A program made the position numbers and the translations under genes. Shown piece by piece: positions 47,434 to 61,241 of a stretch of 64,000 nucleotides of DNA (its first letter is position 1; the number at the start of each line of letters is the position of its first letter). The DNA lies in contig NC_052149.1 in NCBI RefSeq assembly GCF_902713615.1, positions 126,731,256 through 126,795,255 of the forward strand. Direction: 5' to 3'. The notes beneath the pieces are model-generated. The model was not told the origin of the DNA. It was given only the letters and a program-made list of their open reading frames with translations, and did not search any database. The DNA is from Scyliorhinus canicula (Eukaryota).

Positions 47434-47726
47434 AACAGTTGGCATTGCCCTCGCACCGATGCTCCGCCCCATGGGGGGCCAGCAGTTGGCAGTGCCCTCG
47501 CACCGATGCTCCGCCCGGTGGGGGGCCAGCAGTTGGCAGTGCCCTCGCACCGATGCTCCGCCCGGTGGGGGGCCAGCAGTTGGCAGTGCCCTCGCACCGA
47601 TGCTCCGCCCGGTGGGGGGCCAGCAGTTGGCAGTGCCCTCGCACCGATGCCCCGCCCGGTGGGGGGATAGCAGTTGGCAGTGCCCTCGCACCGATGCTCC
47701 GCCCGGGGTGGGGGGCCAGCAGTTGC
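47434..47726. repeat. 47-bp tandem repeat (~6 units) inside a Harbinger-like element starting at ~47376
   Basis: AGCAGTTGGCAGTGCCC at 47481, 47528, 47575, 47622 and 47669. Confidence 0.92.
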
Positions 47727-48044
47727 CCCACATCAAACCCACAGCATTCCCGACAGAAACCAGGGAATTGCCGGGGCCGTGGCTGCGCATGCTCACGGCG
47801 GCATCCTGCAGCGGTTGTGCCACACAGCATGGTGCGGCCGTGCGTGGACCCGGCCTGCCAGATAGTGCCCCCCTGTAATCCCCCTCGCCATCCCCGGGCC
47901 ACTCCCCCCCAACCAGTCCCCTCAGCCCCCACTGAAGCCCCCTACCCCAGCCAATGGAACGGCTCCACCCCCTGACTGTGGCAGTGTTGGACACTCACCA
48001 CCCCCACCCCATCCCACCCCCATCCCTCCCCCCCCTCCCCACCC

Positions 48045-50120
48045 CCTATACCACCTATACCTTCGTCCAGATCATTTATGTAGATCACAAACAACAGTGG
48101 GCCGAGCACGGATCCCTGTGGAACACCACTAGTCCCGTTTCTCCATTTTGAGTCACTCCCTTCCACCACTACTCTCTGTCTCCTGTTGCCCAGCCAGTTC
48201 TTTATCCATCTAGCTAGTACACCCTGAACCCCATACGACTTCACTTTTTCCATCAACCTGCCATGGGAAACTTTATCAAACACCTTACTGGAGTCCATGT
48301 ATATGACATCTACAGCCCTTCCCCCATCAATTAACTTTGTCACTTCCTCAAAGAATTCTAGTAGGTTTGTAAGACATGACCTTCCCTGCACAAAACCATG
48401 CTGCCTATCACTGATAAGTCAATTTTCTTCCAAATGTGAATAGATCCTATCCCTCAGTATCTTCTCCAACAGTTTGCCTGCCACTGACGTCAAGCTCACA
48501 GGTCTATAATTCCCTAGATTATCCCTGCTACCCTTCTTAAACAAAGGGACAACATTAGCAATTCTTCAGTCCTCCGCGACCTCACCCGTGCTCAAGGATG
48601 CTGCAAAGATATCTGTTAAGGCCCCAACTATTTCGTCCCTCGCTTCCCTCAGTAACCTGGGATAGATCCCATCCGGTCCTGGGGACTTGTCCACCTTAAT
48701 GTCTTTTAGAATACCCAAAACCTCCCCCTTCCTCATGCCGTCATGACCTAGAGTATTTAAACATCCATCCCTAGCCTCAACATCCGTCATGTCCCTCTCC
48801 TTGGTGAATACCGATGCAAAGTACTCATTAAGAATCTCACTCATTTCCTCTGACTCCACGCATAAATTCCCTCTTTTGTCTTTGAGTGGGCCAATCCTTT
48901 CTCGAGTTACCCTCTTGCTCCTTATATACGAATAAAAGGCTTTGGGATTTTACTTAACCATGTCATGACCCCTTTTAGCCCTCTTTATTGCACGTTTGAG
49001 ATTTGTCCTACTTTCCCGATATTCCTCCAAAGCTTCATCAGTTTTGAGTCGCCTCGATCTTATGTATGCTTCGTTTTTCATCTTAGCTAGTCTCACAATT
49101 CCACCCGTCATCCATGGTTCCCTAATCTTGCCATTTCTATCTCTCATTTTCACAGTGACATGTCTGTCCTGCACTCTAATCAACCTTTCCTTAAAAGACT
49201 CCCACATTTCAAATGTGGATTTACACTTAAACAGCTGCTCCCAATCCACATTCCCTAGCTCCTGCTGAATTTTGTTATACTTGGCCTTTCCCCAATTTAG
49301 CACTCTTCCTTTAGGACCACTCTCGTCTTTGTCCATGAGTATTCGAAAACTTACGGAATTGTGATCGCTATTCCCAAAGTACCCACCAACTGAAACTTCA
49401 ACCACCTGGCCGGGATCATTCCCCAATACCAGGTCCAGTATGGCCCCTTCCCGAGTTGGACTACTTACATACTGCTCTAAAAAACTCTCCTGGATGCTCC
49501 TTACAAATTCTGCTCCATCTACACCTCCAACAATACATGAGTCCCATTCACTGTTGGGGAAGTTAAAATCTCCCATCACAACCACCCTATTGTTCTATAA
49601 TCTGTCTACATATTTGTAACTTTACTTCAAGCTTGCTTTTGGGAGGCCTGTAGTAAAGTCCCAACAATGTTACTGCACCCTTCCTATTTCTTAGCTCTAT
49701 CCATATTGCCTCAGTGCTCGAATCCTCCATCGTGCCCTCCTTAATCACAGCTGTGATATCATCTCTGACTAGTAATGCAACTCATCCACCCCTTTTACCT
49801 CCCTCTCTATCCTTACTGAAGCATCTATACCCTGGGATATTTAGTTTCCAGTCTTGCCCTTCCCTCAACCAAGTCTCAGTAATACCAATAACATCATATT
49901 CCCAGGTATTAATCCAAGCCCTAAATTCACCTGCCTTACCTGCGACACTTCTTGCATTAAAATAAATGCACCACAGACCACCTGTCCCTTTGCGTTCATC
50001 ATCTCTTCCCGTCTACTCTTCCCTTTAGTCACATTGAGTTTATTATCTGGTACCTTACTGGCTTTAGTTGCTGCCTCTTTACTGACCTCTAACTCCCTAA
50101 TCTGGTTCCCATTCCCCTGC
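48045..50120 (-). pseudogene. CR1 ORF2 (APE + RT), 3' part missing
   Basis: [56 protein letters not shown]; ends before FADD. Confidence 0.88.
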
Positions 50121-50124
50121 CAGA

Positions 50125-51072
50125 TTAGTTTAAAACCTCCCCAACAGTGTTAGCAAAAGCACCCCCTAGGACATTGGTTCCAGTCCTGCCCAGGTGTAGA
50201 CCATCCGATTTGTAATGGTCCCACCGCCCCCAGAACCGGTTCCAATGACAAAAACATCTGAACCCCTCCCTCCTGCACCATCTCTCAAGCCACGTATTCA
50301 TTCTGACTATTCTTGAATTTCTACTCTGACTGTCCCGTGGCACTGGCAGCAATCCTGAGATTACTACCTTTGAGGTCCTACTTTTTAACTTATCTCCTAA
50401 CTCCCTAAATTCTGATTGTAGGACCTCATCCTGTTTTTTACCTATATCGTTGGTGTCTTTATGCACCATGACAACTGGGTGTTCACTCTCCCCCTTCAGA
50501 ATGTCCTGCAGCCGATCTGAGATGTCCCTGACCCGTGCACTCGGGAAGCAACATTCCAATTGGGAATCTCGTTTTCGACCACAGAAACGCCTGTCTACTC
50601 CCCTTACGATTGAATCCCCTATGACTATAGCCCTGCCAGTCTTTTTCCCGCACTTCTGTGCAGCAGAGCCAGCCACGGTGCCATGAGCCTGGCTACTACT
50701 GCCTTCCCCTGGTGAGTCATCTCCCCCAACAGTATCCAAAACGGTATACCTGTTTTGGAGGGAGGTGACCGCAGGGGACACCTGCATTGCCTTCCTGCTC
50801 TTTCTCGGCCTTTTGGTCACCCATTCCCTGCCTCCTTCACCAATACTAATCTGCGGTGTGACCAACTCACTGAACGTGCTATCCACGACCTCCTCAGCAT
50901 CGCGGATGCTCCAAAGTGAGTCCATCCGCAGCTCCAGAGCCATCATGTGGTCTAACAGGAGCTGCAGCTGGACACACTTCCCGCACATGAAGGAGTCAGG
51001 AGCATCGGCCGCGTCCCTGAACTCCCACATTGAGCACGAGGAGCATAACACGGGTCTGGGATCTCCTGCCAT
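50125..51072 (-). CDS. CR1 ORF1: zinc-finger-like N-terminus + SGNH/GDSL esterase domain, open frame (315 aa)
   Basis: CSSC...CGKC; IGDSIVR; TND; DGLHL; ATG to stop without interruption. Confidence 0.8.
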   Translation of the reverse strand: MAGDPRPVLCSSCSMWEFRDAADAPDSFMCGKCVQLQLLLDHMMALELRMDSLWSIRDAEEVVDSTFSELVTPQISIGEGGREWVTKRPRKSRKAMQVSPAVTSLQNRYTVLDTVGGDDSPGEGSSSQAHGTVAGSAAQKCGKKTGRAIVIGDSIVRGVDRRFCGRKRDSQLECCFPSARVRDISDRLQDILKGESEHPVVMVHKDTNDIGKKQDEVLQSEFRELGDKLKSRTSKVVISGLLPVPRDSQSRNSRIVRMNTWLERWCRREGFRCFCHWNRFWGRWDHYKSDGLHLGRTGTNVLGGAFANTVGEVLN

Positions 51073-51329
51073 TTTTACCCTTTACCTTAACTGATTACAA
51101 ATATAATATCAAATAATGATAAAGTGAAAGGAATAAGGATTCTACTTACCAATCAGGCGACTGCTTTGCTGTGATGTCACTCTTCAAGGTAAGTTTTTAA
51201 AGACGACCCCTGGCCACTGTTCCCGCTGGAAATCTGAAGGATGCTTCTCCTGCAGGCAGTGACGTCTAAGTTCAACTTCTTTCTACTACTACCTGCCCTC
51301 GAGCCTTCTTCTTGATCTTTACTCGGCTG

Positions 51330-54028
51330 GGACCCTTACAGCGGTTGTCTTTTTTTTTTGCAACAGCCAATCAGTGGGTCCGAGCTACTGCCCTCTGCTG
51401 GCTGCTTGCCTGGAGGATCACTTGCGTCTCAACCAGGGTCTCGATGCCCGAGGCCTTGGAGAACAGGGAGTGGACCACCTCTGTCTGGGTCTATACCACA
51501 TTGCCCAATGACTGTGCCACAACCCTCTGGGTCTGTGCCACATCAGCCAGTGACTGTGCCACCACCCTCTGGGTCGATACCACATCAGCCAGTGACTGTG
51601 CCACCTCCCTCTGGGTCGATACCACATCAGCCAGTGACTGTGCCACCTCCCTCTGGGTTTGTGCCACATCAGCCAGTGACTGTGCCACCTCCCTCTGGCA
51701 CTGGCCCAAGTCAGCCAGCGCCCGGGCAATGCCATCGACGACCTCAGCCATGACCTGTTATGACTGTGCCACGCTCTGGAGCGCCACTACAATGTCCAGG
51801 TGGCTCTGGTACACGGCTGTCTGTGACAGCGCAACCCTGTACTGGGGCTCGGCCCTCACCCACACAGAGTGCCCCAGACCTTGGACATCCTGACACATGG
51901 CCAATACCTTTGCCCACAAAACCTTCACCACGGGTGGCACCCATGCTGTGTTGGTCTGGGCAGCACGCATGGTCGGCACCATACCCTGCCCCTGCAGTCC
52001 ATTGGACTTCTCGAACTGCACCTGCAGGCGCTGGATGATTGCTGACAGCCCCTCCTGTAGTCCCCGGCTCTGTGACTGTATCTCCATTATTGATGGGACC
52101 GTCGTTTCCAGAATCCCGCAACCCATCCTGCAGCACCTAGTCCCTGTCAGGCTGCCCTCCAACCGTCTGCCCACTCGGGAGTTCCTACCTCCACCTGATG
52201 TACCACAGTACATGTGTGGGGCACACCAGAGAGTGTCCCAGGAACCTCTTCACTAAAGTGCCCAACCGAGGTGAGTGTCTCTGGGCTTGTGGAGGGTGTT
52301 GGAGACGCTGTGATGGGACGTCAGTGTCATCCTGGGACCGGCGCTCCGGGTTTCTCGAGCTGTGGTTCGAGGGCTCCCGTTGCTGTCCATGTCCTCTTCC
52401 TCACTGCTATCCACCTGGAGTTATGGTGGGGGTGGGGACACCAGAAGGGTCCCCTCATTGCCATGTGATCCTGCAAGACCCAAACATGACGCATTATTGG
52501 ACCATGGGTTGGGGTGGTGGGTGGTGGTGGAGGGGGGGAGGTGGTGTTGGGGTGGTGGTGGAGGAGGGGGGGTGGTGTTGGGGTGGTGGTGGAGGAGGGG
52601 GGTGGTGTTGGGGTGGTGGCGGGGCAGTGTGGGTGTGGTGGCAGTGGAGGAGTGGATGGGGAGGGAGCATGGGGTGGAGGTGCTGGTGGTGACATATGGG
52701 TGCCATGGGGAACTGCAACTCAGTGGGGTCTCAGTTGCTCGCCTGATACCGACCACCGCCTCGGCAACTGCCCTCTCTCCAGGCCCACCAACCAGGTCCA
52801 GTGCCCGCTTCCCCAGTGCGGTGAGAGGCTGCAGGTCCGGTAGGCCCCCTCCACTCTCTTCCCTCTCCCGGCGGCTGTGGGTAGCTTTCTCCTGCTGGGG
52901 TGGGGGAGGGAGACAGAAAACACACTGTGTTAGACAATCAGACACATACAACACAGGAGGGGGGCAGATGGTGGCCATTGTGGCCAGGGCACCGGCCATG
53001 GCAGCCAGTATGGGTGCTGGCATGTGCTGCAGGGTGGGGAGTGCTCGCCCTCTGGGTGGGGGAGGCGGGGTTTCGGGGGTTAGTGCCAGGGGCACAGCGC
53101 TGCCGACTTACCTTGGCCTCGTTGAGGAGGTGGTGCAGTCTTTTGTGGCACTGCTGTCCGGACCTGGTGGAGGGGTCCATGACGCTCAAGGCATCTTCCA
53201 CCTCCATCCAGGCCCGGTGTACGGCAACAGTGACAACCTTCTTCTCACCCCGGGGTACAGGGTGGCCCGCCTTTCCTCCATGGCGTCCAGCAAGGTCTCC
53301 AGCTCAGTGTCTGTGAACCGGGGTGCCGCTCACACTGCTGCCATCTTGTTGTTTGGAATGAGTGTGTGGGGAGTGAAGTGCGACTTTGCAGCAGCAGCTT
53401 GTCAGCCTCTCGACTGTCAATCCCGACTCCGGCAAATCCAACACCGTTTCCCGTTGGAATCAATTGTTTCCCACTTGGCACCGGTGCTAGCCCCATTAAC
53501 GGCTAATGAATTGCTCCAGTCGCGCCCGCGCAGTTGACGGGCGCTGGTCGGGGACCGCTGAAAGAGGCCCCCGCGGCGATTCCCCACGGTTGACCAGCCG
53601 AGATACCGCCGGCATGGTTCACGTATGGCTCCTTCCAATGGGAGATCGGCATCGCGGTTGCGGTGGCCGTCCTGGTGTGGGGAGGGGGCATCGGTCTCCG
53701 GGAGGGGGGGGGGCCTCCACAATGGCCAGGCCCACAATCGAGACCCGCTGACCGGAGGGCGCGGGCGATCTGGGGTGAGGCGGGGCCTACCTTCTCCGGG
53801 CTGGCCTGCTGTGTGGCTCCGCCATGTTCTGCGGCGCCGGCGCGGACGCGACCAACGGGGGCATGCGCAGGCCCGCGGCAAGCAGTGCAGGGCCGCATAC
53901 GGCAGCTGGAGCAGCGCAGATCACTCCGGCGCCGTGCTGGACCCCCTGTGGGATTCAGAATCGCTGGACCAAGAGGCCCGTTAAAGCCGGCGTGAAACAC
54001 TTTGCCGCGTTTTTAGAGAATCCCGGCC
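51330..54028 (-). mobile_element. Harbinger element with decayed multi-exon Myb/SANT-like (trihelix) gene
   Basis: Exon 1 ~53343-53111 (AAPRFTDTELETLLDAMEE...W.EV...RSGQQCHKRLHHL, donor GTAAGT; one stop, one frameshift); exon 2 EKATHSRREREESGGG.PDL; coiled-coil exon with 42-bp repeats 51540-51700; TIR GAGAATCCCGGCC ending 54028. Confidence 0.78.
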
Positions 54029-54565
54029 ACTGTCTATTGATTTTAGTTCCTGGTTCTTCGGATACGACACTTGCTCCGTCTCATTTGTACCATCGCATCA
54101 GCAGCTCCTGGAGGAGGGGGAGTGGCAGTCAGGGCCTCAGCACGAGGCCATATCCACCGAGAATCTTCCAGAAGCTCTTTTAATAATCTAATTATTGACT
54201 AAATGGTGGGAAGCGATTGTGAGGACAATGTTACCATGGAGATGAATGGGATACTGCAACCATGGTAGCAAGGTGATCAGAATGGATTGGGAAGAATAAA
54301 CTGGGTTTTGCTGCCTCTATGTGGTTATATTGAGATCACATTTATGTTTCCTTAATAAACTGTGATTGAATGGAAATGTATATGGACCATCGAGAAAAAT
54401 GGACAAATTACTGTCAGACTTGTGAGTGAAGAAAGGAACACTCCACACAGACTAGATTGTGCAGCGTGATGTACCTGCGTACACAGACTGGATTGTGAAG
54501 TGTGATGTACCTGTGTACACAGACTGGATTGTGAAGTGTGATGTATCTGTGCACACAGACTGGAT

Positions 54566-54910
54566 TTAGAATTTAGAACAGTACAGCACAGAACAGGCCC
54601 TTCGGCCCTCGATGTTGTGCCGAGCAATGATCACCCTACTCAAACTCACGTATCCACCCTATACCCGTAACCAAAACAACTCCACCATGAAAACCTTACG
54701 TTTTAGGACAATACGGGCAATTTATCAGGGGCAATCCACCTAACACGCACTCTTTGGACTGTGGGAGGAAACCGGAGCACCCGGAGGAAACCCACGCACA
54801 CAGGGGGAGGACGTGCAGACACCAAACAGACAGTGACCCAGCCGGGAATCGAACCTGGGACCCTGGAGCTGTGAAGCATTGATGCTAACCACTATGCTAC
54901 CGTGCTGCCC
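54566..54910 (-). mobile_element. HE1 SINE inserted in the satellite
   Basis: HE1 head, core and CR1-type tail (GGCCTGTTCTGTGCTGTACTGTTCTAAATTCTA). Confidence 0.85.
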
Positions 54911-57160
54911 CAAAGTGTGTGATTGTGAAGTGTGATGTACCTGTGTACACAGACTGGATTGTGAAGTGTGATGTACCTGTGTACACAGACTGGATTGTGA
55001 AGTGTGATGTACCTGTGTACACAGACTGGATTGTGAAGTGTGATGTACCTGTGTACACAGACTGGATTGTGAAGTGTGATGTACCTGTGTACACAGACTT
55101 GATTGTGAAGTGTGATGTCCCTGCGTACACAGACTGGATTGTGAAGTGTGATGTACCTGTGTACACAGACTGGATTGTGAAGTGTGATGTCCCTGTGTAC
55201 ACAGACTGGATTGTGAAGTGTGATGTACCTGTGTGCACAGACTGGATTGTGAAGTTTGATGTACATGTGTACACAGACTGGATTGTGAAGTGTGATGTGC
55301 CTGCGTAGACAGACTGGATTGTGAAGTGTGATGTACCTGTGCACACAGACTGGATTGTGAATTGTGATGTACCTGTGTACACAGATTGGATTGTGAAGTG
55401 TGATGTACCTGTGTACACAGACTGCATTGTGAAGTGATGTACCTCTATGCACAGACTGGATTGTGAAGTGTGGTGTACCTGTGTACACAGACTGGATTGT
55501 GAAGTGTGATGTACCTGTATACACAGGCTGGATTGTGAAGTGAGATGTACCTGTGTACACAGACTATGTTGTCAAATGTGATATAACTGTATATACAGAC
55601 CGGATTCTGTGGCTTGAAGTGTCTGCCTACAGAGACTGGATGGCGACGTGTGATGTACTTGTATGCGCAGAATGAATTGTAAAGTGTGACATACCTATGT
55701 ACAAAGACTGGATTGTGAAGTTTGATGTACCTGTGTACAAACACTGGATTGTGAAGTGTGATGTACCTGTGTACACAGACTGGATTGTGAAGTGCGATGT
55801 ACCTGTGTACACAGACGGGATTGTGAAGTGTGATATACCTGTGTACAAAGACTGGATTGTGAAGTGTGAAGTACCTGTGTACACAGACTGGATTGTGAAG
55901 TGTGATGTACCTGTGTACAAAGGCTGGATTGTGAAGTGTGATGTACCTGTGTACAAAGACTGGATTGTGAAGTGTGATGTACCTGTGTACACATACTGGA
56001 TTGTGAAGTGTGATGTCTCTGTGTACACAGACTGAGTTGTGAAGTGTGATGTACCTGTGTACACAGACTGGATTGTGAAGTGTGATGTACCTGTGCACAC
56101 AGACTGGATTGTGAAGTGTGATGTCACTGTGTACAAAGACTGGATTGTGAAGTGTGATGTACCTGTGTACACATACTGGATTGTGAAGTGTGATGTCTCT
56201 GTGTACACAGACTGAGTTGTGAAGTGTGATGTACCTGTGTACACAGACTGGATTGTGAAGTGTGATGTACCTGTGCACACAGACTGGATTGTGAAGTGTG
56301 ATGTCACTGTGTACAAAGATGGATTGTGAAGTATGATGTATCTGTGTACAGAGGCTGGATTGTGAAGTGTGATGTACCTGTGTACACAGACTAGATTGTG
56401 AAGTGTGATGTACCTGTGTACACATACTGGTTTATGAAGTGTGATGTACCTGTGCACACAGACTGGATCGTGAAGTGTGATGTACCTGTGTACACAGACT
56501 AGATTGTGAAGTGTGATGTACCTGTGTACACATACTGGTTTATGAAGTGTGATGTACCTGTGCACACAGACTGGATCGTGAAGTGTGATGTATCTGTGTA
56601 CACAGACTGGATTGTGAAGTGTGATGTACCTGTGCACACAAAATGTATTGTGAAGTGTGATGTACCTTTGCACACAGACTGGATTGTGAAGTGTGATGTA
56701 CCTGTGCACACAGACTGGATTGTGAAGTGTGATGTACCTGTGCACACAGACTGGATCGTGAAGTGTGATGTATCTGTGTACACAGACTGGATTGTGAAGT
56801 GTGATGTACCTGTGCACACAGAATGTATTGTGAAGTGTGATGTACCTGTGTACACAGACTGGATTGTGAAGTGTGATGTACGTGTGTACACAGACTGGAT
56901 TGTGAAGTGTGATGTACCTGTGCACACAGACTGGATTGTGAAGTGTGATGTACCTGTGCACACAGACTGGATTGTGAAGTGTGATGTACCTGTGTACACA
57001 GGCTGGATTGTGAAGTGTGATGTACCTGTTTACACAGACTGGATTGGGAAGTGTGATGTACCTGTGTACACTTGCTGGATTGTGAAATGAGATATACCTG
57101 TCCACACAGACTGGATTGTGAAGTGTGATGTACATACGTACACAGACTGGATTGTGAAGT

Positions 57161-57423
57161 TGTGGTAATACCACTTTATATATATGTGTGTGCCTCTATT
57201 AGGGGATGTACAATAATACCGGCTATTACAGGTTTGTCGGTAAGCGGCTGCATAGTTTGTCGGTAAGCCGCTGCCGTCTAGCTCCGCCCACAGGAGCAGG
57301 ATAAATATCCATGAGGTCTCCTGAGCTGCCATTTTTCAGCTCCACTTGAGGTAATAACATCTCACGGTAATAAAGCCTCTTTTGTACCGTTTCGTGTTTC
57401 TGTGTGCAATTGTTAGCGTAACA
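57161..57423 (+). mobile_element. Solo LTR (263 bp) in the satellite, copy 1
   Basis: TGTGGT...GTAACA ends; 5-bp TSD GAAGT both sides; GATAAATA and AATAAA in LTR-like order. Confidence 0.85.
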
Positions 57424-58615
57424 GAAGTGTGATGTACTTGTATACACAGACAAGATTGTGAAGTGTGATGTACCTGTGTACACAGACTGGATTGCGAAGT
57501 GTGATGTACCTGTGTACACAGATTGGATTGTGAAGTGTGATGTACCTCTGTACAAAGACTGGATTGTGAAGTGTGATGTACCTGTGCACACAGACTGGAT
57601 TGTGAATTGTGATGTACCTGTGTACACAGATTGGATTGTGAAGTGTGATGTAACTGTGTACACAGACTGGATTGTGAAGTGTGATGTACCTGTGTACACA
57701 GACTGGATTGTGAAGTGTGATGTACCTGTATACACAGACTGGATTGTGAAGTGTGATGTACCTGTGTACACAGACTGCATTGTGAAGTGATGTACCTCTG
57801 TGCACAGACTGGATTGTGAAGTGTGGTGTACCTGTGTACACAGACTGCATTGTCAAGTGTGATGTATCTGTGCACACAGACTGGATTGTGAAGTGTGATG
57901 TACCTGTGTACACACACTGGATTGTGAAGTGTGATGTACCTGTGTACACAGATTGGATTGTCACGTGTTAATGAACCTTTGTACACAGACTGGATTGTGA
58001 AATGTGATGTACCTGTATACACAGACTGGATTGTGAAGTGTGATGTACCTGTGTACACATACTGGTTTATGAAGTGTGATGTACCTGTGTACACAGACTG
58101 GATTGTGAAGTGTGATGTACCTGTGTACACAGAATGGATTGTGAAGTGTGATGTACCTGTGCACACAGACTGGATTGTGAAGTGTGATGTACCTGTGCAC
58201 ACAGACTGGATTGTGAAGTGTGATGTCTCTGTGTACACAAACTGGATTGTGAAGTGTGATGTACCTGTGTACAGAGGCTGGATTGTGAAGTGTGATGTAC
58301 CTGTGCACACAGACTGGATTGTGAAGTGTGATGTACCTGTGCACACAGACTGGATTGTGAAGTGTGATGTACCTGTGTACACAGGCTGGATTGTGAAGTG
58401 TGATGTACCTGTGTACACTTGCTGGATTGTGAAATGAGATATACCTGTGCACACAGACTGGATTGTGAAGTGTGATGTACATACGTACACAGACTGGATT
58501 GTGAAGTTTGATGTACATGTGTACACAGACTGGATTGTGAAGTGTGATGTACCTGTGTACACAGACTGGATTGTGAAGTGTGATGTACCTGTGTACACAG
58601 ACTGGATTGTGAAGT

Positions 58616-58878
58616 TGTGGTAATACCACTTTATATATATGTGTGTGCCTCTATTAGGGGATGTACAATAATACCGGCTATTACAGGTTTGTCGGTAAGC
58701 GGCTGCATAGTTTGTCGGTAAGCCGCTGCCGTCTAGCTCCGCCCACAGGAGCAGGATAAATATCCATGAGGTCTCCTGAGCTGCCATTTTTCAGCTCCAC
58801 TTGAGGTAATAACATCTCACGGTAATAAAGCCTCTTTTGTACCGTTTCGTGTTTCTGTGTGCAATTGTTAGCGTAACA
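58616..58878 (+). mobile_element. Solo LTR in the satellite, copy 2
   Basis: Apparently identical to copy 1, with the same TSD GAAGT. Confidence 0.85.
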
Positions 58879-61241
58879 GAAGTGTGATGTACTTGTATAC
58901 ACAGACAAGATTGTGAAGTGTGATGTACCTGTGTACACAGACTGGATTGCGAAGTGTGATGTACCTGTGTACACAGATTGGATTGTGAAGTGTGATGTAC
59001 CTCTGTACAAAGACTGGATTGTGAAGTGTGATGTACCTGTGCACACAGACTGGATTGTGAATTGTGATGTACCTGTGTACACAGATTGGATTGTGAAGTG
59101 TGATGTAACTGTGTACACAGACTGGATTGTGAAGTGTGATGTACCTGTGTACACAGACTGCATTGTGAAGTGATGTACCTCTGTGCACAGACTGGATTGT
59201 GAAGTGTGGTGTACCTGTGTACACAGACTGCATTGTCAAGTGTGATGTATCTGTGCACACAGACTGGATTGTGAAGTGTGATGTACCTGTGTACACAGAT
59301 TGGATTGTCACGTGTTAATGAACCTTTGTACACAGACTGGATTGTGAAATGTGATGTACCTGTATACACAGACTGGATTGTGAAGTGTGATGTACCTGTG
59401 TACACAGATTGGATTGTCACGTGTTAATGAACCTTTGTACACAGACTGGAATGTGAAATGTGATGTACCTGTATACACAGACTGGATTGTGAAGTGTGAT
59501 GTATCTGTGTACACACACTGGATTGTGAAGTGTGATGTACATGTGCACCGAGACTGGATTGTGAAGTGTGATGTCTCTGTGTACACAGACTGGATTGTGA
59601 AGTGTGATGTACCGTGTACACAGACTGGATTGTGAAGTGTGATGTACCTGTGTACACAGATTGGATTGTGAATTGTGATGTACCTGTGTACACAGACTGG
59701 ATAGGGAAGTGTCATCTCTCTGTGTGTACACAGACTGGATTGTGAAGTGTGATGTACCTGTGTACACAGACTGGATTGTGAGTGTGATGTACCTGTGTAC
59801 ACAGACTGGATTGTGAAGTGTGATGTACCTGTGTACACAGACTGGATTGTGAAGTGTGATGTACCTGTGTACACAGACTGGATTGTGAAGTGTGATGTAC
59901 CTGTGTACACAGACTGTATTGTGAAGTGTCGATGTTACCTGTGTACACAGACTGGATTGTGAAGTGTGATGTACCTGTGTACACAGACTGGATTGTGAAG
60001 TGTGATGTACCTGTGTCACAGACTGGATTGTGAAGTGTGATGTACCTGTGTACACAGACTGGATTGTGAAGTGTGATGTACCTGTGCGCACAGACTGGAT
60101 TGTGAATTGTGATGTCTCTGTGTACAGTAATTGGTCGTGAAGTGTGATGTACCTGTGTACAGGGACAGGATCATGATGTGTGATGTATCTGCATACACAG
60201 ATTGGATTGCGAATTGTGATATTGTTGTGCACACAGACTGGATTGTGTAGTATCATGCATCTGTGCACAGAGAATTGATTGTGAAATGTGCTGTGCAGGT
60301 GTACACATACTGGATTGTGGCATGTGATGTACCTGTGTACACACACTGGTTGGTGAAGTGAGATGTACCTGTGTACACAGACTATGTTGTCAAATGTGAT
60401 ATAACTGTTTACACAGACCGGATTCTGTGGCTTGAAGTGTCTGCCTTCACAATCCTGTCTTTGTACACAGGTACATCACACTTCACAATCCAGTCTGTGT
60501 ACACAGGTACATCACACTTCACAATCCAGTCTGTGTACACAGGTACATCACACTTCACAATCCAGTCTGTGTACACAGACTGGATTGTGAAGTGTGATGT
60601 ACCTGTGTACACAGACTGGATTGTGAAGTGTGATGTACCTGTGTACACAGACTGGATTGTGAAGTGTGATGTACCTGTGTACACAGACTGGATTGTGAAG
60701 TGTGATGTACCTGTGTACACAGACTGGATTGTGAAGTGTGATGTACCTGTGTACACAGACTGGATTGTGAAGTGTGATGTACCTGTGTACACAGACTGGA
60801 TTGTGAAGTGTGATGTACCTGTGTACACAGACTGGATTGTGAAGTGTGATGTACCTGTGTACACAGACTGGATTGTGAAGTGTGATGTACCTGTGTACAC
60901 AGACTGGATTGTGAAGTGTGATGTACCTGTGTACACAGACTGGATTGTGAAGTGTGATGTACCTGTGTACACAGACTGGATTGTGAAGTGTGATGTACCT
61001 GTGTACACAGACTGGATTGTGAAGTGTGATGTACCTGTGTACACAGACTGGATTGTGAAGTGTGATGTACCTGTGCACACAGACTGGATTGTGAAGTGTG
61101 ATGTACATACGTACACAGACTGGATTGTGAAATTTGATGTACATGTGTACACAGACTGGATTGTGAAGTGTGATGTACCTGTGTACACAGACTGGATTGT
61201 GAAGTGTGATGTACCTGTGTACACAGACTGGATTGTGAAGT

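Noticed and set aside
52500-52690. (GGT)n-rich G tract as a functional element
   Set aside because: It is a simple-repeat expansion inside the decayed Harbinger Myb element, with nothing to support function.
57161-57230. GTGGTAATACCAC hairpin and TATTAC motifs resembling a CRESS/rolling-circle origin
   Set aside because: The nonamer mismatches and is not in a proper loop, there is no Rep gene, and the LTR explanation fits the ends and TSD.
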